Shown here piece after piece: positions 53,328-64,000 of a stretch of DNA of 64,000 nucleotides. Position 1 is the first letter of the stretch; each line of letters opens with the position of its first letter. The stretch spans positions 103,604,001 through 103,668,000 of the forward strand of contig NC_045697.1 in NCBI RefSeq assembly GCF_009834535.1, given 5' to 3'. The position numbers were made by a program, and so were the translations under genes. The notes below the pieces were generated by a model. The model searched no databases, was not told the DNA's origin, and worked only from the letters and a program-made list of their open reading frames with translations. This stretch comes from Camelus ferus. Lineage: Eukaryota.

Positions 53328-56300
53328 AGTTAGTACATAGTAGATGCTCAAAAATGTGTCCAACCGATGAACGATTGCAACACGCAGGTAGAAAGAGGGG
53401 CTTGACAATGTTTTCCTTTCCAAGCTTCCAACTTCAGGTAAGTTACAAAGCCCGGCTTCATGCACAGCCTCAAGAAAGAACCAGCAGCCTGGCCCCCCAC
53501 CCAACGGCCTCCTGTAATTACAAGTATGGTAACATTCATTGTGCGCTGTTCTAAACGCATCACGTGTTGAATAATTTAGCACAGTGACTCCTTGAGGTAG
53601 GTCTCATGAGTACCCCCATTTTCATCTGAGGAAACGGTGGCACAGGACAGTTAAACAACTTGGATGCGGGCTCTGTACCTAGAAAGTGACAGAAGCCAGG
53701 ATCTCAACCCAGAAGGATCACTCCACAGCCCTCACACCTAATCCTCACGTTCGACTGCACGTTAATTACAGAAGATACAGAGCAGTGAAACGGGGAAGGT
53801 GGCCAGAGTGGGGGCCAAAGCCGGGTTCCCTTATCTTGTCCACGTGAGAGAAAGAGAGGGAGTGTCTGTCTGTGTGTCTGGGGGGGGGGGTGGGGGGGGG
53901 TGGGGGGGTGGAAGGTGCTGCATGGAGCTGGGGAGCCAGAGAGCAGACAGAAACAAAAAGAGAGGAAAAGGGGGAACTTGATAAGCAGTGGATGATGGTG
54001 TAGCCTTTTTCAACTAGGTTTCCGGATTTGAACCACAGGACACGGAAAATGACTTGAATGGCTATTTTCTCAACTCTCTCAAGGATGGTATATAACTGGG
54101 ATCAGGGTAGACGCATCAGAAAGAAGTTAATCCAATACATACAAGGGCTGCTTTGAGGCATCAGGACTTAATTCTCGAACCTGGCAGAGACAGGCTGAGT
54201 CAAAGCAAGACTGGCTGCTATCAATCCATTCAACTTAGACACGATTTGATTTGGAAGGAATCAGGGGGTCCAGTCAGTGAAATATTATGGGGTTAAACTA
54301 ACCTGACTCAGAAAAACAAGTAAATTCTTGATGAAGAGACACTAGCTAAAATCATAAAAGTCCTAGTTATCAACCCACAGTTAGAAAACAGATGGTGTGT
54401 TGTAAATCAGTCCTGTAAGTGAGCTGACCTGTAAACTGTCATTAACGCACCGCGTCCTCACTTGCTCCGCTGTGTAATCAGCCTTTTATCTCCTACCAGG
54501 GAAATCCATTAGCCACAGGCATCACTACTATTTGTGCCTCTTCTCGGCTATTAAAAACATTGTTGTATTAAATAATTCACCCTTGATGATCGGTCTTTGC
54601 TTTCATTAGCACCACATTCAGGGAAAAATAAGAATAGCTGTTTACAGTTTATGCTGCAGAATCAGGGATGTGAAATCTCTTTTGCGAGGAAGTCAGGAAG
54701 AAGACACTTCTGACACAGAGCAGGATGTGTTTGCTTCCTGCCCAGTTCCCGTCTCCCCGCGTTGCCCACAGAGCCCAACCCCAAGGAAGGGACGGAAGAA
54801 AAGGACCTGTTTACTATTGGATCTAACTTTCTCCTCCCCACACATAGACACACTCATAAACGCCTGTCCCTTTCCCGTCACAAAGACAAGGCGTGCCCAC
54901 AGAGGAAGGCAGAGTGACTCTTCTAGATTTCCATCTTTCCCCCGAAATGACAGATCAGTCCTTTCATTTCTGCTGCCCCTGATCACAGGGATGCATGCGA
55001 ACTAAACCGATTACTTACACAAAATCAACGACTTAAACAGATACCAGCTGATGGGATCAATAGAAAAACGACTGTCATTTTTATCAAAATTAAGAACATG
55101 GTTGTTAAAAAGCCATATTGATTCAGCTGCATGTGTCAACCTAAGCTGGCAAGTATACACTTCCTGGAGGAAATGATCCTTTTTCTCTCCAGAAGCATGG
55201 TATTTTTCCTTCCCTGAGAAATAAAGGACAAAATAGGCTTTAAGTGACTTTTTAAAGATAAAGTATATAACATGTTTCTTTTTGTTATATGCTCATTTAA
55301 AATGTAAGATGAAAAGATTACCTTCCAGGAACTGATGGAAACTACGTCCAATCATAAGTTCTGGTTACTCAAACCACACAGAAATTTCAGTGAAATGTGC
55401 CAAAGAAACTGCTCCAACAGCTTATCATCACCCAAAGGGGAAAGCCCTGGGGAGACGGGCTTCCAGGACAGGGCGGGCTGGAGGCAGAGGTCCTCAGATG
55501 CAGCTAGAAACAAATTTTGCCCCTAACTCCCTGGCCACAGGATTTTGTCTTGTCAATCCTGAGCTGGGTTCAGGAACCACAGAGCATGCTGTTGCTAAAG
55601 ATCCCTTAAGCAGACAAAGCTTTAAGTTCCTCTGGAGGAGGGATTGGCAAACAAGGGTGGCGTAAGGAAGCCGTGTCCTTCTCACTCCGGCTAGTTCATC
55701 ACTGGCCGGGGGGGGCAGCAGCTGGAGTTGGAGGGGGAACCGAGGGGCAGGGAAAAGCCTGGCTAAGTCAGTGCTACGCCGGAGCTCGCCCTGTACCACC
55801 ACCTCCCTTCAGATAAGTGTGCATAGTCCCATATCAGCAGTGGAGCTGGCCTCTCTGCGTCAGTGGTCCTTGAAGTGGGAGGCAGTTTATAAATGTCTTC
55901 TAGAGCATTTGAAAATGGCTTACCAGGTGCTCCTCTTCTCCCATTATGGTTCAACTGGGTCTGGGGGAGCCCTGGTACCAGCCCTTAGAAAAGACTCCGT
56001 GGATTATCTTGCGTCACAATATTCTCCCTGCTTGGAACCATCTCTGTGTGATTCACACACTCAGTCAGAAGATGAGCCGCTCTCACACTCGAGAGGAGGA
56101 GATCAGTCTACACTTGCTGGGTACAACGTGGAGAACCCAGTTCAGTATGGAGCTACTCAGGTGACCACATGGACAGTTTCTCTTCAAGTGCTTTATGTTT
56201 TATTATCATTGTATACGTCACACACGTGTGTGACCATCAGTTATGCAACAATTATTGGGAACATACTACAAAAAAATCACCAGAGTATTGTACAGGACAC

Positions 56301-57004
56301 GAATGGCTATATTCATTGTTTTTGTTTTACTGATGGGGTCTGAGTTGAAGCATTTTCCATCACAGGTTAGTCAGTTACTAGAGAAGCTAGTGATGACCGT
56401 AGCCTTGACAGCTGCCACTGATGATGGCTCTCCGTGACCCTGACCCTCACTCTTCTATGAGTTCCTAGGAAATTCACCCTGAATCACATAGTTTAGTAGT
56501 TAATTTTTCCTCTAAATTTTTACATAGTCTTTATTCTTGTTTATCCAAATTAGCTTAAGTTTCTTCCAAGGCAATAATTATACCTTATTCTGTTTTGTCT
56601 TTCCTATGTCACCTAGAATATCCATGTCCAGGAAGTAGTACCTGAGTGCTGATAACATGTCCTGAAATCACCTGTCTCCTAGGAGGCATCTCTGGAAGCA
56701 CAGCCTGGAAAGAACACACCTGGGGAGGCAGCCCCTGCCTGAACGTGTCTTGTGCCCTGGACTGGCCATGCAGGCTCAAGACTTACAAAGCCTCTTTGAA
56801 CCTAAGTTTTCTCATGCGAGGGAGAGTACCTACCCCTGAAGGCACTCATGTTACTCACATGGGGTTATGTATAAAGCACTCGTTATAGCTACGCAATAAA
56901 ATTATTCTACCTTCCCCCCCCCACTCCCCTTCTGGAAAAACAGAGTTTCTTATACAGGGCTGTGAGAGTTCAAGTCTATTGGATTTAAGAATGGCTGAAG
57001 TGTC

Positions 57005-57136
57005 GAGAGGGAATAGCTCAAGTGGTAGAGCACATGCCTAGCATGCACAAGGTCCTGGGTTCAATCCCCAGTGCCTCCTCTAAAAATAAATAAATAAATA
57101 AATAAAACCTAATCACCTCCTCCACCCCTAAAAAAA
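57005..57136 (+). mobile_element. tRNA-derived SINE (Vic-1-like), long form
   Basis: Intact A/B boxes and (taaa)n tail. Exact direct repeat ggctgaagtg at 56993-57002 and 57137-57146. Confidence 0.92.
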
Positions 57137-59623
57137 GGCTGAAGTGGAAAGTAACAGAAGAGACAGATCAATGGAACATACAGTGAGCCTAGAAACAGGG
57201 CCTGGCGAGCATGCACAGGAGGGTCTGTACACGTTTGTGTGTGTGCGTGAGCATGTATGTGTGTCCAATGGTCACCATGGCTTTTAAATACCTGCTTGAT
57301 GAGGGCCAGGTTTCTAAGAAATCAAGTCATACAAAGTCAATTGATATTAACAGCAGAACTGGGGGTGCTCCCACTTATTAAGAGGGGCTTATACGTTACT
57401 GAAGGGGTAAGCATGTCGTTGGATGTTTATTAAACATCCTAAGGTATCATCCCCACATGTGAGGATGGTCTGATCTGTGACTCTGAGGACATGACTTTCT
57501 AGTGGTCCAAGTTTCCACCCTGTGTGTTTCCAGAGGTCTTGAGGTTCAATTGACTTTTGTGGCTGGGATGGAAGTGAGGGCTTGATCTGTCCTTCTAATG
57601 GCACAAGGTCCAAGTGCTATTGACCTTCCTCTGCCAAACATGAACTTACTTAACTAAACTGGTGTCTACAGAATTACAGAGCTTGAGGCCATGACAACAC
57701 CATCCAATGTCTGGTTTCCTTAGATCGTAGTTGCATAGAATTAGACTGACCTGTTCTATTATCCCTGACCTTCTTGTCTTAACTTCAGAGGGAGTAAGAG
57801 AGAAACGGAGACGGTGCTTCCTGTCATTCCTCGGAGTAGCCAAGATGTGCCTGGGAAGAAGGTGTGAGGGAGCTGCTAAGCAGACTCGAGGGGACAGGAG
57901 TCCACAGAAGGAGGGGCTTCACACCGCCCGATGGATGGTCCAGCACTGTTCACCGGGACTTAAAACCCCCTCGCAGCCTAAGTGCTTAACTCAGCACCAT
58001 GGCCTCTTCATCTTAAATACTGCCCTGCACTAGGTTTCAAGTTTTTAAATCTCTCTCCTTCAGTCATCTCTATTATTTGCTGCTGAGTAAAAACTATAAT
58101 AATGGCTGGTAAACATAGTGCCCATGATAAACCACATCAAAGGAAAGGAAATATTTGCAAATTTGAAGTGATGTTAAACATAGCCGAGAATCAGAACCAT
58201 GCCTGTAAAAAAACCTGAAATAAGGAGATCCCTTGAGACATACGAGAAATTTCCAACTACCTTCTCTTTCTCCTCAAATTAAGTTTTCTTTCTAAAACAA
58301 TTTATTGTTAAAAAAAGCCACTTTTTCTATTAAATAAAATGTTTTGTATTTTAGTAATCTCCTTTGAAGTATTATGATACTGTTGATACAATCTCTACCT
58401 TGGATTTTAATGATCTGTGAATATATTCTATTTTCTCTATTAAATCATAAATTCTTTGAGGGAAGAACCAAAGTCAGATTGATCTTCATAATAGTCAGAG
58501 TGCACAGGAGGCATTCAAACATCTAATAGAAGAATGGATGTTTTGTTTAATATTATTGAAAAAAATGTAAATTATTTTTTATAGCAAGTACAAATTAAGA
58601 TTTTATGAATCAGGTTGAGATCCTAACCTTCAAACCACTAATTTGTCACTTGAATCATTCTAATCATTCCTTACCCATCTTTCTATTCTCCATCTAACAA
58701 ATATTTATTGAATACCTGGCATCGGAGATAAGTTAATGAATAAGATATGCATGGTTCCTGGCCTGGCAGAACAAAGTCCAGTGGGTGCTAAGTGCTGGGA
58801 CACTGTTTCATAAGGAAAATTCATATGGAATTCCAAGTAATGAACTTGTAAGTGCAGTTTTTAGCTAGACAGGGCCTTGATTTATTCTTACAGATTGGAA
58901 CATCATAGATGGATATGCATCAACTGACAAAACAGACAGAAATTTCAACCCCTGCCAATATCAGAGGGATGTTATCAAGAAGACTGATACAGGTGGAAGC
59001 ACTTTAAGTCTTGGGCGTGACTGGTGACCTTTTAGGAAGTTTCTCTGCGCTCACTGTCAGCCATGGGTAAACACTGGGTTCATGAACACACAAGATTATA
59101 AGATTATAGAGGCTATATGATTACAGAATCAGAAAGTTGTAAGACTCAGCCCCTCATTAAGGCCCGGACTCATTGGGCTGCTGCTGCATTTCAGGGAAGT
59201 GCTTTTCCAGAAACTTAATGTTCTTGGGACTATTTCCTATTTTCTTTTATAAAGGGTCAAATTTAAATAACTAGGACTCGATGGTTCTTTTTTACAGCTC
59301 ACAACAGGCTTTCCCATAAATGAACTCTCTCCATCTTATCATAATTCTCACTTTACAGAGGTAAAGACTGAGGCTGAGAAGGGTTAAGGAAAATCCACCG
59401 TTCACAGCAGATACTGGCTGCAGACTGAGCCAACACGGGGCGCCTGCTCCCCGTACCCTGCTGCCTCTCTACAACAGCCATGAGGGAGGGGAAGTCAGTC
59501 CCTCCAAAATGGCTTTACAGTAAGGACTGTGCTGCTGCAGGTAGAGCATAAAACAAGGAAACACTAGCCTTAGAAGTAGCCCTCACCCAGCTCTGAACAG
59601 AGGCGCCCATCTACCCGTCCAAC

Positions 59624-60240
59624 TGTGATGTTGTGACACAGTATTTGGTCTTCGTCCCCAGTTCCTAGTACAGCTTCTAAAACCCTTGTAACTTCCCGAG
59701 TGATGGGGTGATAAGAGCGTCTTTTGTTATATTTGAGTCTGTCCCTGGTGCCTGGCTCAGAGGGTTTAGAGAGCTCCTGGGTTGGTGGCTGCACCCACGT
59801 GCAGGGAGGGTGGCGCACCCAACTCCGCGGGACAGGAGCTCCTGCACTTGCGACCCTCTGGACCTCGCCCTACGTACCTCTTCACCTGGCTGTTTATTTG
59901 TATCCTTTATAATCAATCAGTAATAGTCAACAGCGTGCTTCGCTGGGTTCTGTGAGCAGCGACAGCAAATTATTAACATTGAGGAGTCGGTTGCGGGAAT
60001 CCCTGATTCGTAGCTAAGTCAGACTGACGTGAGAACCCGCCGCTTCCTGCTGGCACCTGAAGTGAGGGGCAGCCTTGTGGGACTGAGCCCTTCATCTGTA
60101 GGGGCTTCGGTAACTCTGGGCAGTTAGTGTCAAGAGGAGTTCAACTGCAGAATACCCAGCTGGCGCCTGCAGAGCGCTGGAGGATTGCCTGGTGTGGAAG
60201 GCCCACACATCTGGTGTGAGCACAGAGAGTTTTCCTTTCC
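59624..60240 (+). mobile_element. LTR, MER21-like
   Basis: tgtgatgttgtga...tatttggtcttcgtccccagttcct...aaaacccttg, ctgggttctgtgagc and cttgtgggactgagccc...cccacacatctggtg match the recalled MER21 consensus. The 3' end is approximate and no TSD was found. Confidence 0.78.
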
Positions 60241-62804
60241 CAAGCATCCATTCAAAAGCACTTTTGAGTGACTTCCAGGGCCAGGCATTATTTTGAGCAG
60301 AGGGGTTACAGCACTGACCCAAACAGAAAGTCTCTGCTACCTTGTGATGCTTTGTTCTAGTTAGCGAAGATAGACAATAAATAAATTAACCAATGATTAA
60401 GATGTCACGAGATCACAAATGCTAAGAGGAACAGTTAAGCATGGTAGGTGGGGAGAGAGTGATGGAATGTATTATTTCATATGAGGTAGTGAGGAAAGGC
60501 ATCTCTCCTAAAATGACATTTGACCAGAGACTTGGTGAAACTGAAGGAGGGAGCCACGTGGATATCTGGGGATGGAGGGCAACCTAGGCTGAGCCAACGC
60601 CAAGTGTAAAGGCTCTGAGGACGGTCCTTGGTGCCGCGGGACCATCCCACTGCATCTGGCCACTCCATTCACTCTCCCACACAACTCTTCCACGTCTTCT
60701 CCTCTCTTAGCAAATCTCCAACACCTCCTTGCCTTTCCTTGTCCTCCACCCCTGACCTTACTTGCCACTTCACTGCGAAAATATGATCAGAGGAGAACTT
60801 AACAACTCCTAGAGTTGCTCAGGTTTTTGTCCTACTCAGTAAATAAAGCCTGGTCACCCAAGTGTTGAAGCAATGCCCATTGTTTGTAAAATGCACAACA
60901 ACCTAAACAGACAAAAAGCGTTATACACTGTGCATGTGATTTAAGGTCATGCAACGTAGAATTATCTGTTGATGTTGTGTGCTGATACCACTGAACCCAC
61001 TGGGACAGCCCAGTTAGCTCAAAGGGAAGCATCTAACTTTTAAGTTGAGGTCTTGGGGTCTCTTTCACTATTTCTGTAGCTCGACTATTTAAAAATGTGG
61101 AACCAACTAAAGCTCACACGTCTATGGGTCTAAGATCGGGGGCAAACTTGCAATAATGTGATGCTATAATCTTAACCAGTGGGAAAATGTTACGGCACGG
61201 AGATGGGAAGGAGCGGGAGGAGGGTACTCATCTAGTTCTTTAGTCCCAAGCTGAAACAGTGTCCCAGAGATTCCAGACCGTGAGATACTCCAAAGTGCTA
61301 CGTAGGTCTCAGCCCCCTAGTTGTGGCTGTGACTTCTCCCCTGACCATCTTCCAAGAGTCACAGGAGTAAGAGATGTCACTCTTCTGCAATGCGGAAAAC
61401 CTAGGCTACAGAGCCATTTACTGGACACTGACTGTATGCTGAGCTCTACACTCATTCTCTGACTCACTTCCGGGGGGGCCCAGGCTGGCCTGCATCCTTT
61501 GTCTGCTGAGGGTGCTCCTGGGGAGTGATGATGCCGGGTCCTGGAGAAAACCCTGAGGGACAATCCCAGTTCCCCACATCTAGTGACCAGGCAGGCACAC
61601 ACCAAGCCTTTTCTTCCAAACGAATGCAAACCAATATTCACTTCTGTCTCATTTTGACTCCCTGCAAATTCTGAACTGGCGAGTCTAAATTAATGAGGTT
61701 CGTTCTGCTGTGGGAAGGGATCTGACGATTTGACTCTTCTTACTTTGTGGACTGGAGCTAGCCTTTCAGAAGGGATGGTAAGGCTGAGGTTTACTACTGG
61801 AAGGTAATGTCTTTCATGAAAGATGCAAAATCCAACTGTTTAGTAGGGGCTCTCTCCCTCTCCACTTCCTTCACAGCTTGTAGGAAATGAGGTCCCTCAC
61901 TCTGTTACTCTAATTGAATTCCAACTTGGGTAATTACACTATAATTAAATAAATTCTCCCCATAGTTTTAATTCACTGACAAATAGTGCTAGTCAAACAG
62001 CCACATTTCACTCCCAGAAACACATCCCCACTCCATTTCAGTGATGAGAGGAGTGATTTGTATTTGGGAGATGTGTGTATGAAAAATGCACAGCTCATAA
62101 AATATTTTAGGTATCATTCACGATTACATATGCTTTTCTCAGCATGAGATGACATTAATTTCTATTATCATCTTTCATCTAATTTCTCATACGCTGGGTG
62201 CCAAAAGAAATAAGACGGTTAATTAGCATTTCTTATTTTTAGAACAGTTTTTGCTTAGTTTACCAGTAGCTTATGTTTTTTATTTCTAAAGCACATTTCA
62301 TCATCCCTGGGAGACAGACTGGGGGAGGTGTTATTGCTTCCCATTCTACAGATGAAAAAGTCAAGGCAGCATTCCCCCCAAGTGAGGAAGCCAGTTACTA
62401 TCAGTACCAGCACTGAAAACTAAGCTTTGTCTGGTCCCCTGGTCCAAGGCTCTATCAAACACTGGGTCACTAGCAATCACTTCAGTTTTACTAATGAGAA
62501 AATAATGCAGCACATTTGTGACCTAGGTCACTGGTCATTAATTTATCATAATTAATGATTTAGCCCAGGAGTCAGAGGCCTGAGAACTGGGTTCTGTTGC
62601 TGCCCTTGGGTCATGAGACTACAGAGATGCTTTGCGTCTACATGTTACGACTTGGTACAGTTTTGAACTGAAAGAACAGCTCAAAATGTGATGCAAAGTG
62701 GTGCCAAAGGATTCCAATTTCAATTTTACTCTAATGACCTTTCCTAACGGGTTGTGGATGGCTTTTTATTAAAAAGATATTAAAAACAACATCAAAATAC
62801 TCAC

Positions 62805-62840
62805 AAAGAGCAGCAGTAGCAGGGGTGTGACAACGATGCC
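62805..62840 (-). CDS. SLC10A7: SLC10A7 coding exon (equivalent to human exon 6), 36 nt, GIVVTPLLLLLF
   Basis: Minus strand reads tttcttccag|GGC ATC GTT GTC ACA CCC CTG CTA CTG CTG CTC TTT|gtgagt. Phase 0/0. Peptide matches recalled human SLC10A7 GIVITPLLLLLF. Confidence 0.95.
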
Positions 62841-63723
62841 CTGGAAGAAAGAAAAGAGATGATGATCATTTATCTGCCTGGAAAGCAGGACACTTTCTTT
62901 GCCGTTTTAACTCTGATGCATGGAAACGCTTATCCTGCTCATTTCTGTTTGACAAAATCTAGGAGCTAAAGAAGAGGGAGCCCCAGTCTCATCTCTCCCG
63001 ACCGTGAGCCTTAGCATCTCCAGGATGACAGTTCGTATCTGGCATCATTAAAAGTACAACCACCAATCTTCCTTAAACTCGACTTCCCTTTTTTCAACCT
63101 AAGTTCCCTTCCACGTTGCATATGTATCACTGGGGTGGAAGCTGGCAAGCTTTCTCACTCCAAGGCTTTCAACTCTAACTTGGATAAAGTGCCCCTTTTC
63201 AAGAGAAGACAGGTGGTTTCGTCCCAGTTGGGGTCCCCTCCTGAGCAAAGACCACGTCAGCTGTGATGAATGAGATGCCGTGACTTTGTAATGTGAACTG
63301 ATCTCCCCGAGGAAATGAGCTGGGATCTCAAAACTCATTTCACTTGATTAGACTCCACGTCTCGGAGGTGGAAGGCAAGTCTTTCATCTAATTCAGCCAC
63401 ACAGGACCACCTCCGTCCCTCTGCCTCCCCTAGGCAGAAAGGAGCAAAAGATTTGTTTTCTTCGATAACAGGGAACAGTCTGAGGCTGTTGTGATGAGGC
63501 AGGATACAAGCTTTTAGGTTTCTTGAAGGTAAATCTTTAAAACGAGGTGTTTGAGTTGGGAGTTAATGTGACAGGTTTCAGTTTTTGAGCCGCAGCTGAT
63601 TATTCGTCCCTCTTAGTTGTCCCTTTATCTCTCAACACTTCATTATGATTTATATAAGAAAAAGCATTTCATATTTTTATTAATGGATTCTACTTGGAAC
63701 TTGAAAATTCCGAAGCGTCTGCA

Positions 63724-63770
<47 letters not shown>

Positions 63771-63790
63771 AGACAGAGACAGACAGACAG
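63724..63790. repeat. Compound (TG)n(AG)n(ACAG)n microsatellite
   Basis: TG run directly followed by an AG run and degenerate ACAG units. Confidence 0.93.
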
Positions 63791-64000
63791 AGGCTATACC
63801 GTGCCCAGGATCCAGGTTGGGGACCACTCCATTACTCCTGGGAAAAAGTCCTTTTGGTATTAACATATGGAAGTCCTCTTGTCATTAGTAACTAAATTCT
63901 TTTGGATGCGGCCCAGAGGGGATGTTTACCTTACATGAACATTGCTACCATAACCTTCTTAGGCATATACACATGTGAATATCCACACAGACTTGTTTTC

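Noticed and set aside
55771..56343. 190-aa plus-strand ORF
   Set aside because: Non-ATG start, no recognisable family, and it ends in MIR-like sequence.
57005..57080. tRNA-like sequences with A and B boxes
   Set aside because: These are SINE heads with tails and TSDs, not tRNA genes. The same applies to all eight copies.

Overview
Mammalian genomic DNA, most likely a camelid (camel/alpaca/llama group). This assignment rests on eight copies of a tRNA-derived SINE resembling camelid Vic-1 and on artiodactyl-type L1 3' ends. The window holds the 3' half of SLC10A7 on the minus strand: seven coding exons (62805-62840, 48908-48991, 42174-42339, 41164-41215, 31939-32012, 8153-8298, 5952-5981). All have canonical AG/GT boundaries and phases that splice into one open frame (GIVVTP...GVKLTRPTV*), followed by a 3' UTR of about 2.5 kb. 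The 5' exons lie beyond the right edge. The rest is intron and downstream sequence with SINEs, L1/L2/MIR relics, two LTRs, MER5-type DNA transposons and long microsatellites. Almost all ORFs in the supplied track are spurious. I found no support for a new multi-gene system. The best observations are a frameshifted counterpart of the human alternative exon 11' in the last intron, one L1 insertion combining a 5' inversion with an apparent 3' transduction inside a 16-bp target-site duplication, and several repeat-free, motif-dense intronic blocks that look like developmental enhancers (POU4F2 is the neighbouring gene in human). Repeat family names and comparisons with human come from recall, not from a search.
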